This document shows positions 5,932 to 14,670 of a DNA stretch of 22,035 nt, one piece after another (positions within the stretch are counted from its first letter, which is position 1; each line of letters begins with the position of its first letter). The position numbers and the translations under genes were made by a program. The notes under the pieces were generated by a model. That model was not told where the DNA came from. It worked only from the letters and a program-made list of their open reading frames with translations, and did no database searches. This DNA is from a virus: the UHGV virus genome UHGV-0200595. One strand, written 5' to 3'.

Positions 5932-6775
5932 TGATTTTTGCGCATTTATTCTGACCCACGGACGGCCGGATAATGTGCTGACATACCGCACTCTGCGCCG
6001 GGCGGGTTACACCGGAAAAATATATATCGTTGTTGATGACGAGGATAAGACCCGGCAGCAGTATATTCAGGCGTTTGGCGATCAGGTGCTGGTATTTTCT
6101 AAAACGGATATTGCCAGCCGCTTCGATGAAGCAGACAACTTTGGCGACCGTCGCTCAATCTTTTATGCCAGGAATGCCTGTCCGGACCTGGCAAAAAAGG
6201 TTGGGTGTAAATATTACATCCAGCTCGATGACGACTATCACGAGTTCCAGTTTCGGGTGGATCGCAACTATGACCAGGCCTATTTCCCGATAAGGAAACT
6301 GGATGAGATCCTTTCTGAAATGCTGGCGTATTACGAATCAATACCTGCGCTTTCCATCGCTATGGCGCAGGGTGGTGATTTTCTTGGTGACAATGGCGGC
6401 CACGCCGCATGGGTGAAACGGAAGGCGATGAACAGTTTTATCTGTTCCGTTGAGCGACCGTTTTCATTCGTGGGGCGCATTAACGAGGACGTGAACACAT
6501 ACACGAACCTCGGACGGTGCGGCGAACTGTTTATGACAGTGGGGGCTGTGCAGTTGGGCCAGAAGCAGACGCAGAAAAACAGCGGCGGCATGACTGAACT
6601 GTATCTGGATTCTGGTACCTACGTTAAAAGTTTTTACTCCGTCATGTATGCGCCGTCGTGCGTGAAAATCGCACTGATGGGCGCCAGCCATAAACGCATT
6701 CACCATCAGGTCACCTGGAACAACGCTGCAGTAAAAATCCTTCACGAAAAATATAGGAAGAAGACACCCTGCTAA
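5924..6775 (+). CDS. Soluble GT-A/GT2-like glycosyltransferase-fold protein (putative)
   Basis: 283 aa from ATG 5924 (SD GGAGGAGG), translationally coupled to the ParB-like gene. The N-terminal strand FILTHGRPDNVL resembles the GT2 'IPTYNRPELL' motif. IYIVVDDEDKT resembles the GT2 'VVDDGSTD' motif. YIQLDDDY is a DXD-like motif. No TM segments. Confidence 0.45.
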   Translation: MRDDFCAFILTHGRPDNVLTYRTLRRAGYTGKIYIVVDDEDKTRQQYIQAFGDQVLVFSKTDIASRFDEADNFGDRRSIFYARNACPDLAKKVGCKYYIQLDDDYHEFQFRVDRNYDQAYFPIRKLDEILSEMLAYYESIPALSIAMAQGGDFLGDNGGHAAWVKRKAMNSFICSVERPFSFVGRINEDVNTYTNLGRCGELFMTVGAVQLGQKQTQKNSGGMTELYLDSGTYVKSFYSVMYAPSCVKIALMGASHKRIHHQVTWNNAAVKILHEKYRKKTPC

Positions 6776-6792
6776 CAACAAGGGGGTGATAA

Positions 6793-7044
6793 GTGATTCC
6801 GTATCAAAAAGTTGAGTCTCTGGCTGCGTGCCGTATGACACCGCAGCAGATAGCCGATGCTCTCGATATCGACCTGGATGAGCTGAAACAGGATCGGGAA
6901 TGCCTCGGAAAATTTTATAAGTACATCAGAAAAGGAAGAGCCAAAGGCGAAGCCGAACTGAGGGCTGCGCTGTTCAAGCGTGCCCGGAAAGGCGATGCCT
7001 TTGCCCTGCGCGAATTACTCAAGGTGGATAAAAATCAGGACTAA
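6793..7044 (+). CDS. Hypothetical small HTH-like protein upstream of the terminase
   Basis: 83 aa. GTG start with an AGGGGG SD 6 nt upstream. MTPQQIADALDIDLDELK is a helix-turn-helix-like segment. Confidence 0.45.
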   Translation: MIPYQKVESLAACRMTPQQIADALDIDLDELKQDRECLGKFYKYIRKGRAKGEAELRAALFKRARKGDAFALRELLKVDKNQD

Positions 7045-7047
7045 CTG

Positions 7048-8127
7048 ATGAGCAGACAGGACTGGGTTGCATTGCGGCAGGAGTACATCGCTGAATACAC
7101 CCGATCCGGCATATCCCAGGAAGAATGGTGTAAAGCGAAGGGATTAAATTACAACACTGCTCGCCGCTACCTGAAAAAACCAACCAATGATACGCAAACC
7201 GAAGTGCGCAAAACTGCGCAAAAAGGTGCGCAAAAGAAAACTGCGCAAACTGCGCAAAAGCGAACCGACAAAACAGGGAAGAAAAAATCCAGAGTGATGG
7301 TTTCTCCCGTTGCAGAAAACGACCAGGAAATTTCATTCGATCCCGATGAATTCGGCATTTCAGACCAGCAGGCGAAGTTTGCGATGCTGGTTGCTCAGGG
7401 TAAAAACCTCATCGAAGCATACCGCCTGGCTGGGTATAAATCTGAGGGGAATGCGGCGAGCGCCGGGGCAAGCCAGTTATTAAGAAATACTAAGGTTTAT
7501 CGCGCCATCTCCTGGTTCCGTAATCAGTACCAGAAACGTTACACCGCTGACCTCGATTTACTGGTGGGCCAGCTTATGTCCATTGTCATGGCTGACCCGA
7601 ACGAACTGGCACAATTTCGGCGTGTTAACTGCCGTTATTGTTGGGGTGAAAATCACCTCTATCAGTGGCGTGATATAGAGGAGTTCGACAAAGCCGCAGA
7701 GAAGGCCAGCAAGGACGGTAAGCCTGTGCCTGAGTACGGTGGCCTCGGATTCGTTGATAACGCCATACCCAATCCGGACTGCCCGAAATGCTGCGGTGAG
7801 GGGCGGGGTGAAATCCATATTGCCGATACCACCATGCTTGATGGCGATGCGCGACTGCTTTACGCCGGGGCTAAGTACGGGAAATTCGGCGTCGAAATAC
7901 TGATGGAGGACAAGGGTGCAGCGCGCCGCGAACTTCTGAAGTATCTGGCGACGGTGAAAAAAACGTTGCCGGAAAATGGTGAAGGATCTGCAAATACGGA
8001 TCTGGATGATGAATGGAAACGCCTTCGCAATGAAAAACTGCGCACCGAGATTGAGAATCTCAAGAAAGGCGCTGGTGGCGCTATCCCGATTGAAACATCA
8101 ACGATGAGCACTTTATTCGGAAAATGA
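7048..8127 (+). CDS. Terminase small subunit (P27 / Terminase_2 family core with N-terminal HTH and a basic low-complexity linker)
   Basis: FDPDEFGISDQQAKFAMLVAQGKNLIEAYRLAGYKSEGNAASAGASQLLRNTKV matches the Terminase_2 signature. The N-terminus SGISQEEWCKAKGLNYNTARRYLKK is an HTH. It is immediately upstream of, and overlaps, the large terminase. Confidence 0.75.
   Translation: MSRQDWVALRQEYIAEYTRSGISQEEWCKAKGLNYNTARRYLKKPTNDTQTEVRKTAQKGAQKKTAQTAQKRTDKTGKKKSRVMVSPVAENDQEISFDPDEFGISDQQAKFAMLVAQGKNLIEAYRLAGYKSEGNAASAGASQLLRNTKVYRAISWFRNQYQKRYTADLDLLVGQLMSIVMADPNELAQFRRVNCRYCWGENHLYQWRDIEEFDKAAEKASKDGKPVPEYGGLGFVDNAIPNPDCPKCCGEGRGEIHIADTTMLDGDARLLYAGAKYGKFGVEILMEDKGAARRELLKYLATVKKTLPENGEGSANTDLDDEWKRLRNEKLRTEIENLKKGAGGAIPIETSTMSTLFGK
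7205..7259 (+). repeat. Imperfect tandem repeat of TGCGCAAA (5 copies) inside terS
   Basis: TGCGCAAA occurs at 7205, 7215, 7227, 7243 and 7252. It encodes KTAQKGAQKKTAQTAQKR. Confidence 0.8.
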
Positions 8128-9539
8128 CCTCGATTAACCCAATCTTTGAACCGTTCATTGAGGCGCATCGCTACAAAGTCGCCAAGGGAGGCCGGGGTAG
8201 CGGTAAGTCATGGGCTATTGCAAGACTGCTGGTTGAAGCATCGCGTCGACAGCCGGTACGCATCCTGTGCGCTCGTGAACTGCAAAACAGCATCAGCGAC
8301 TCGGTAATCCGCTTGCTTGACGACACTATAGTGCGTGAAGGGTATTCGGCAGAGTTCGAAATACAGCGTTCTATGATTCGCCATCTCGGAACCAATGCTG
8401 AATTCATGTTCTACGGCATCAAAAACAACCCGACGAAAATTAAATCGCTCGAAGGTATTGATATTTGCTGGGTGGAAGAAGCAGAAGCGGTAACGAAGGA
8501 ATCATGGGATATCCTGATACCAACCATCCGCAAGCCGTTCTCTGAAATATGGGTGAGCTTTAACCCGAAGAACATCCTCGACGATACCTACCAGCGATTC
8601 GTCGTAAATCCTCCAGATGATATTTGTTTGCTGACGGTTAACTACACCGACAATCCTCACTTTCCCGAAGTTCTCCGGCTGGAGATGGAAGAGTGCAAAC
8701 GCAGAAATCCGACACTGTATCGTCATATCTGGCTGGGTGAGCCGGTAAGCGCAAGTGATATGGCAATCATCAAACGTGAATGGCTTGAAGCTGCAACCGA
8801 TGCACACAAGAAACTCGGATGGAAAGCGAAAGGCGCGGTTGTTTCTGCGCATGACCCATCAGATACAGGGCCAGATGCTAAAGGTTACGCGTCCCGCCAC
8901 GGTTCGGTTGTTAAGCGGATTGCTGAAGGTCTGTTGATGGACATCAACGAAGGCGCTGACTGGGCTACATCGCTGGCTATTGAAGATGGCTCAGACCATT
9001 ACTTGTGGGATGGCGATGGCATTGGTGCTGGTCTTCGCAGGCAGACAACTGAAGCGTTCTCCGGCAAAAAAATTACCGCAACGATGTTCAAGGGTAGCGA
9101 GTCGCCATTCGATGAAGATGCACTATATCAGGCCGGAGCATGGGCCGATGAAGTCGTGCAGGGTGACAACGTTCGCACTATTGGTGATGTGTTCCGCAAT
9201 AAGCGAGCGCAATTTTATTACGCGCTGGCTGACAGGCTGTATCTGACATATCGGGCGGTTGTCTACGGTGAGTATGCAGACCCCGACGACATGCTGAGTT
9301 TCGACAAAGAAGCGATAGGCGAGAAGATGCTGGAGAAGCTGTTTGCAGAACTGACGCAGATTCAGCGCAAATTCAATAACAACGGGAAGCTGGAGCTTAT
9401 GACTAAGGTCGAAATGAAGCAGAAGCTCGGTATTCCATCTCCTAACCTGGCTGATGCACTGATGATGTGTATGCATTGCCCTGAGCTGGCAGCGCAACCT
9501 GACTATTCCAGTTACTCAATTCCTTGTGGTGTAGGTTGA
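8124..9539 (+). CDS. Terminase large subunit (PBSX / Terminase_3-type; Walker A KGGRGSGKS)
   Basis: 471 aa. P-loop VAKGGRGSGKSW near the N-terminus, Walker B-like ICWVEEAE, and a C-terminal nuclease domain. ATGA overlap with terS. Confidence 0.9.
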   Translation: MTSINPIFEPFIEAHRYKVAKGGRGSGKSWAIARLLVEASRRQPVRILCARELQNSISDSVIRLLDDTIVREGYSAEFEIQRSMIRHLGTNAEFMFYGIKNNPTKIKSLEGIDICWVEEAEAVTKESWDILIPTIRKPFSEIWVSFNPKNILDDTYQRFVVNPPDDICLLTVNYTDNPHFPEVLRLEMEECKRRNPTLYRHIWLGEPVSASDMAIIKREWLEAATDAHKKLGWKAKGAVVSAHDPSDTGPDAKGYASRHGSVVKRIAEGLLMDINEGADWATSLAIEDGSDHYLWDGDGIGAGLRRQTTEAFSGKKITATMFKGSESPFDEDALYQAGAWADEVVQGDNVRTIGDVFRNKRAQFYYALADRLYLTYRAVVYGEYADPDDMLSFDKEAIGEKMLEKLFAELTQIQRKFNNNGKLELMTKVEMKQKLGIPSPNLADALMMCMHCPELAAQPDYSSYSIPCGVG

Positions 9540-9540
9540 T

Positions 9541-11739
9541 ATGGCAGAAAAAAAGATGACTGAATGGCATCGCAGAGTGCTACGCAACTTCGATAAAGCC
9601 TGGTCAGCAACGCAGGATATGCGAAAACAAATTGTCACGGCGCAGCGATTTGTCAGGGTATCCGGTGCCCAGTGGGAGGGCAGTACTAATGCGGGATATT
9701 CTTTTGATGAGGGGCGATTTGAGCATTACCCGCGCTTTGAATTGAATAAAATTGCTCGTGAGTGTGATCGCATCATTGGCGAGTATCGCCAGAACCGTAT
9801 CAGCGTTAAATTCAGGCCGAAGGATGATAAAGCGTCAGAAGCATTGGCTGAGAAGATGAACGGTAAGTTCCGCGCCGATTATCAGGAAACATCCGGTGGA
9901 GAGGCGTGTGATAACGCGTTTGATGATGCTGTAACGGGGGGATTTGGCTGCTTCCGTATGTGTGCTGACTACGAAGATGAGATGGACCCGAGTAATGAGC
10001 AGCGACGCATCAGCCTTCTCCCTGTTTACGACCCAGCGACATGCGTCTTCTTCGATCAGGACAGCAAGCAATATGACCGCTCTGATGCTATGTGGGCTAT
10101 GGAAATGTTCTCCATGACGCCCAAAGCGTTCGAGGCTGAGTATCCTGATTCCATCGCTGCGAGTCTCTCACGTGACGACACTGGCACACAATATGACTGG
10201 TCGACACCAGATGCTATTTATGTTGGGCGCTATTACGAAGTTCGTATTGAGAAGGTCAGGCTCACCGCATGGCGCAACACGGTTAGTGGAGAAACGGCAA
10301 TCTATGATGAGGAGCAAATCAAAGACATTGTCGATGAGTTAACTGATGGTGCTTTTGAAATAATTGGTGAGCGCACGGTGAAGAAACGCCGTGTCTATTG
10401 CGGCCTACTGTCAGGTGCTGAATGGCTGGATGAACCCAAGCGTATCCCAGGTGAGCATATCCCACTTATTCCGGTCTATGGTCGCCGCTCATTTGTTGAT
10501 AATCAGGAGCGCATTGAAGGTCATGCAGCAAAAGCGATGGATGCGCAACGTCTTGAGAACCTGATGGTTTCCATGATTGCAGATAACGCTACCCAGGCTG
10601 GCGGCGATGGTATCCCTATCGTGGATGTTGATTTTATTCCTGGTCCTTTAATGAATCACTGGGCAGAGAGGAATAAGAACAGGCCAGCTGTTCTACCCAT
10701 GACCAGTAAGAAGGACAAAAACGGAGCAATTATTTCACAGGCTCAGGTAGCCGGATGGACTCCTCCAACTCAGATGCCTCCTGCTCTTGCCGGACTGTTG
10801 CAGTACACCGGGACAGCTATTCAGCAAATTACAGGTGCGTCGCAGCTTGAGAACATGCCGAGCAACGTTGCTACCGATACCGTTGATAGCATCTTTAACC
10901 GGATGGACACGCAGTCCTATATCTACATGGACAACATGGCTAAATCCATGCGCCGCGCTGGCGTCGTGTGGCTTTCTATGGCGCGTGAAGTCTATGGCAG
11001 CGATACGCCGATGCGTATCGTTAATGAGGACGGCAGCGATGATGTGGCACTGATGACTGGCGAAGTGGTTGACCGCCAGACAGGGCAGGTTATTGCGCTA
11101 AATGACCTGTCGCATGGCAACTATGAAGTTACTGTCGATGTCGGTCAGTCATTCGCCACTCGCCGTGATGCGACAGTTAAGTCGTTACTTTCCATGCTGT
11201 CACTTATTCCGCCAGGAACACCGAAACATGACCTGGTGTCTTCCATGATTCTCGACAACATGGATGGCGAGGGTATTGATGACCTGAAAGAGTTCAACCG
11301 AAATCAGTTGCTTCTGTCTGGCGTTATTAAGCCACGAACACCCGAAGAGCAGCAAATGGTTGAACAAGCCAGACAGCAACAGGCAAGCCAGCCTGACCCG
11401 GCAATGTTGGCTGCACAAGGTCAGTTCCTTGCAGGACAAGCGGAATTGCAAAGAGCGCAGAACGAACAGGCAGCCATTCAGGTTAAAGCATTCCAGGCTC
11501 AAACAGATGCACAGGTTGCAGCGGCAAACGTTGTGAAAATCCTTGCATCTGCCGATAGCCAGCAGAAGTCTGATATCCGTGAGGCTCTGAAACTCCTCGG
11601 ACAGTTCCAGCAACAGCAAGGAGACAATGCCCGTGCTGATGCAGAGCTTGTTTTGAAGGGGCAGGCACAAGGGCATGCACAGCGCATGGATATCAGCAGC
11701 ATCCTGCAAAAAACCACGCATCAACAACCACAGCAGTAA
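9541..11739 (+). CDS. Portal protein, P22 gp1-like
   Basis: 732 aa. KKRRVY...GEHIPLIPVYG aligns with P22 portal RRRVYKS...GEHIPIVPVFG. The C-terminal TPEEQQMVEQARQQQASQPDPAMLAAQGQFLAGQAELQRAQNEQ matches the P22 portal barrel [28 protein letters not shown]..., as does ARADAELVLKG...RMDISSILQ (recalled). Confidence 0.9.
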   Translation: MAEKKMTEWHRRVLRNFDKAWSATQDMRKQIVTAQRFVRVSGAQWEGSTNAGYSFDEGRFEHYPRFELNKIARECDRIIGEYRQNRISVKFRPKDDKASEALAEKMNGKFRADYQETSGGEACDNAFDDAVTGGFGCFRMCADYEDEMDPSNEQRRISLLPVYDPATCVFFDQDSKQYDRSDAMWAMEMFSMTPKAFEAEYPDSIAASLSRDDTGTQYDWSTPDAIYVGRYYEVRIEKVRLTAWRNTVSGETAIYDEEQIKDIVDELTDGAFEIIGERTVKKRRVYCGLLSGAEWLDEPKRIPGEHIPLIPVYGRRSFVDNQERIEGHAAKAMDAQRLENLMVSMIADNATQAGGDGIPIVDVDFIPGPLMNHWAERNKNRPAVLPMTSKKDKNGAIISQAQVAGWTPPTQMPPALAGLLQYTGTAIQQITGASQLENMPSNVATDTVDSIFNRMDTQSYIYMDNMAKSMRRAGVVWLSMAREVYGSDTPMRIVNEDGSDDVALMTGEVVDRQTGQVIALNDLSHGNYEVTVDVGQSFATRRDATVKSLLSMLSLIPPGTPKHDLVSSMILDNMDGEGIDDLKEFNRNQLLLSGVIKPRTPEEQQMVEQARQQQASQPDPAMLAAQGQFLAGQAELQRAQNEQAAIQVKAFQAQTDAQVAAANVVKILASADSQQKSDIREALKLLGQFQQQQGDNARADAELVLKGQAQGHAQRMDISSILQKTTHQQPQQ

Positions 11740-11829
11740 TTAACCCATAACGTGCAATGGCTGTCTTTATGAGGCCGGGCACCCTATTGCCTTCCGATGG
11801 GCTGAACATCGAGTAAACAGGGGTAACAA

Positions 11830-12723
11830 ATGGACCAGATGGCAGAAAACACACCAGAAGTTGAAATCGAAACCGACACGTCAGAGCAGATCCCTGACGA
11901 TGTTGAACTGGCTGAAGAAGTCGAAACAGAAGATGACGGTGAGTCCTCCGGCGATGATGCAGAGGAAGTTGCTGAATCTGATGACGACGAATCAGAGCAG
12001 GAATTCTACTTTGGTGACGAAAAGCTGGATTCGCCAACCAGCGAGGATGGGGCAGGGCATGGACTGGTAAAACATCTGCGCAGGACGATTAAAGAGAAAG
12101 ACCGTGAGCTAAAAGAGCTAATGCGTCAGTCTCAGAAACCCGTCGAGCAGCAGCCGGTAATCACTCAACCACCGCGAATGCCAAAAATGGATGATGAGGA
12201 CATCGGTTTCGATGAAGAACTCTACCAGCAACGCATGGCTAAGTGGGCAGAGGACAACGGCAGATACCAGCAACAGGAGATGGCCCGTAAGCAGCAGGAA
12301 CAGGCGTTTCAGGCTGCCTATCAGGACCGGGTATCTAAATATCAGCAACGAGTAAAGAGCCTCAAAGTTCCCGGATATCAGGAAGCTGAACAGGCCGTGC
12401 TTGATGAAATACCTATCGAGACACAAAACGCGATCCTGTTTGAGTCAGAAAAGCCGGAAATCGTTGTTCTGGCACTTGGTCGCAACGCTGAACTGCGCAA
12501 GCAACTGGCTGAAGCCACCAACCCCGTAGCAATTGGTCGTCTGCTGGAACGTATCGAATCGAAAGCCAGAATCATGCCAAAAGCAAAAACCGCAGCCGCC
12601 ACAACCCCGACAGTCAAGGGGAGCAACGGCGCACTTATTAATAACCTCGACAAACTGAAAGCCAGGGCGCGAGAAACGGGGGACTGGACGCCGTATTTCG
12701 CCGCTAAAAAGGCAAAAAAATAA
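11830..12723 (+). CDS. Scaffolding protein, P22 gp8-like
   Basis: 297 aa. It has an acidic N-terminus, a coiled-coil middle and a basic C-terminal coat-binding region. It lies between portal and coat as in P22. Confidence 0.75.
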   Translation: MDQMAENTPEVEIETDTSEQIPDDVELAEEVETEDDGESSGDDAEEVAESDDDESEQEFYFGDEKLDSPTSEDGAGHGLVKHLRRTIKEKDRELKELMRQSQKPVEQQPVITQPPRMPKMDDEDIGFDEELYQQRMAKWAEDNGRYQQQEMARKQQEQAFQAAYQDRVSKYQQRVKSLKVPGYQEAEQAVLDEIPIETQNAILFESEKPEIVVLALGRNAELRKQLAEATNPVAIGRLLERIESKARIMPKAKTAAATTPTVKGSNGALINNLDKLKARARETGDWTPYFAAKKAKK

Positions 12724-12741
12724 CTTATCGGAGCATTAAGC

Positions 12742-13995
12742 ATGGCTAACCAATTAGTAAAAGATCTGGAGATCATGTTCGAAAACTACATTGAAGGCTT
12801 TGAGGCCGCCTGCGTAGTTTCCCGTAACGCTAAAAAATTCCGCCCCGGTGATACTGTAATGCAGCGGGCCGGTGATGTCCTGTATCGTCCTCAGCATTAC
12901 CACATGAATATTGAGGAAGGTCTGGACCTCAGCGGCAAAACACCCACCGCGCTGGTTCAGCGTTTGGTTCCTTCTGTGTTCAAGGAGCCGAAAAACATTC
13001 TGTACACTCTGGATGCACGTGAAATGCGCGACCCTGAACATAAAACAGAGGCTGGTCGTGCTGCTGGTATGCGTCTTGCTGCACAGATTGACTCTGACAT
13101 TATCTCCATGGTCACGCAACGTGCTACCAACGTGCTTTCGATGGCAGACTCAACTACAGGTACGCAGGGGCGTGATTTGTGGAACTGTGCGGCTGGTATT
13201 GATGCCATTATGACAGCAATCGGTGTACCGCAGGGTATCAACCGTCGCTCTTTCTGGAACCCCTTCAACTACAAAGACCTTGCTGGCGAGCTTGGTCACC
13301 GTGCATACGCACAGGGCACAACCCTGACTGCTTATGAGAAAGCGCAGATTCCTCCCGTTGCGTCCTTCGATAGCTACAAGACCGATATTTCTGGTCGAGT
13401 TCCGAAGGGTACAGCAACTTCCCTGACGCTGGCGGCTGAACCTGCGCACAAGGTTGAAGCGAAAGATGCCAACGATATGCCAGTGGACAACCGACAGGGG
13501 ACCATTACGGTATCTGCTGAAGGTTTGCAGGTTGGCGATGCGTTTACCATTGCAGGGGTGAATTCCGTACACCAGATCACTAAAGATACCACCGGGCAGC
13601 CGCAGGTATTCCGCGTTCTGGCAGTTAGCGGAACGATGGTAACTATCTCCCCGAAAATTCTGCCGCCTGACAACGCGGATGTCGCCAGCCGTCCATATGC
13701 CAACGTTGATGCTAACGCGGCAAGTGGCGCAGCAATCACCATTCTCAACAAGAACGCAGCACCTGCTAACCTGTTCTGGGCTGACGGTTCTGTTGAACTG
13801 ATGTACGGCAAACTGGCGTTCCCGACTGGTCAGGGGCCGCAGGTAATGACAGCAACCACTGAGCAGGGAGCAACGCTGATCATGTCTTACGCTTTCGACC
13901 ACATCAAAGGCGTAACCACAGCACGCTTCACTACCCTGTACGGTTGCTCTGTATTGGTCCCTGAATACACGGGCATCGTTATTGCCGGGCAGTAA
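12742..13995 (+). CDS. Major capsid (coat) protein, P22 gp5-like
   Basis: 417 aa. Similar length and local similarity to P22 coat (for example NLFWADGSVELM versus NVFWADDAIRIV). It is followed by a strong intrinsic terminator. Confidence 0.85.
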   Translation: MANQLVKDLEIMFENYIEGFEAACVVSRNAKKFRPGDTVMQRAGDVLYRPQHYHMNIEEGLDLSGKTPTALVQRLVPSVFKEPKNILYTLDAREMRDPEHKTEAGRAAGMRLAAQIDSDIISMVTQRATNVLSMADSTTGTQGRDLWNCAAGIDAIMTAIGVPQGINRRSFWNPFNYKDLAGELGHRAYAQGTTLTAYEKAQIPPVASFDSYKTDISGRVPKGTATSLTLAAEPAHKVEAKDANDMPVDNRQGTITVSAEGLQVGDAFTIAGVNSVHQITKDTTGQPQVFRVLAVSGTMVTISPKILPPDNADVASRPYANVDANAASGAAITILNKNAAPANLFWADGSVELMYGKLAFPTGQGPQVMTATTEQGATLIMSYAFDHIKGVTTARFTTLYGCSVLVPEYTGIVIAGQ

Positions 13996-14000
13996 TCTTA

Positions 14001-14025
14001 ATGGGGCTTCGGCCCCATTTTTATT
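14001..14025 (+). terminator. Rho-independent terminator with UUCG tetraloop (ATGGGGC-TTCG-GCCCCAT + TTTTTATT) after the coat gene
   Basis: 7-bp GC-rich stem, canonical UUCG loop and a T-run, 6 nt after the coat stop. Confidence 0.8.
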
Positions 14026-14036
14026 GGGAGAAGACA

Positions 14037-14225
14037 ATGGCACGAACAATGCTCTACAAGCCTGGCCGCATGATTACCTGCGGTCAGTTGGCTGTCGATT
14101 ACATCATTGTGGATGATGACGAAGTTAAATCTCATCTGAAAAAAGGGTGGGTGAGGACCCCTGAAGAAACCACTGCGAAGCAAAAAGACGCGAAGGCAGA
14201 AGAAGATGGCAAAAACAAAGGGTGA
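14037..14225 (+). CDS. Hypothetical 62-aa protein between coat and the gp4-like gene
   Basis: ATG 14037 with SD GGGAG 6 nt upstream. The track start at 14001 lies inside the terminator stem. Its 3' end overlaps the gp4-like start. Confidence 0.5.
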   Translation: MARTMLYKPGRMITCGQLAVDYIIVDDDEVKSHLKKGWVRTPEETTAKQKDAKAEEDGKNKG

Positions 14226-14670
14226 TCTCGTTCTTAAGGCTTTGCGAAAAGCTGGGCTTTACTCAGAGACAACGGTGACGCTTGCTGAACCACAGGATAT
14301 CAGCAATGCGTTGATTGACCTGGAAGACATGATGGCTGCATGGCAGGCAAATGGCATTGAGCTTGGGTATAATTTTGCCCCGGATGACGAAAAACCAACG
14401 CCTCACGATGAGTCAGGACTACCTGCATGGGCTTACGAGGGAGTCTCACTTAAACTGGCCGTTCAAATGTGCATTGACAACGTTATCGTGCCTTCCGACA
14501 TCCTCCTGACCGCAGCCGACAATGCCTACCAGACAATATGTATTTCACTTACCACTATCCCCTCTCTTGCACGCCGTAGCGATATGCCACGAGGTGCTGG
14601 CAACAAAGGCGCTTTTGCCAGAAATGAGTTTTACAACGAATGCAAAACGCCTGGCACGCGAGGTGACTAA
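14206..14670 (+). CDS. Head completion / tail accessory factor, P22 gp4-like
   Basis: 154 aa. KTKGDLVLKALRKAGL...DLEDMMAAWQ matches P22 gp4 KTKGDLVRAALRKLGV...DLEAMMAEWY (recalled). Confidence 0.8.
   Translation: MAKTKGDLVLKALRKAGLYSETTVTLAEPQDISNALIDLEDMMAAWQANGIELGYNFAPDDEKPTPHDESGLPAWAYEGVSLKLAVQMCIDNVIVPSDILLTAADNAYQTICISLTTIPSLARRSDMPRGAGNKGAFARNEFYNECKTPGTRGD

Noticed and set aside
6030-6591. Several 80-87-aa ORFs in alternative frames within the GT-like gene
   Set aside because: They are embedded in a longer frame with good SD and translational coupling. Their composition (Ser/Thr/Arg runs) is typical of out-of-frame translation.
7203-7262. Possible CRISPR-like or iteron array from the TGCGCAAA repeats
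   Set aside because: The units are contiguous 8-12-mers without spacers and lie in-frame within terS. It is a coding low-complexity repeat, not a CRISPR or replication iteron.
11200-11727. Minus-strand ORFs of 175, 72 and 65 aa antisense to the portal C-terminus
   Set aside because: They are Cys/Leu-rich translations of the reverse strand of the Gln/Ala-rich portal barrel region, with no start signals.
14001-14036. ATG at 14001 as start of the post-coat small ORF
   Set aside because: The codon lies inside the terminator stem and has no SD. The in-frame ATG at 14037 has GGGAG at the proper spacing.
13150-14049. 299-aa minus-strand ORF
   Set aside because: It lies entirely antisense to the coat gene, which has clear P22 gp5 homology, and has no SD. 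It is an antisense artefact of a GC-rich coding region.
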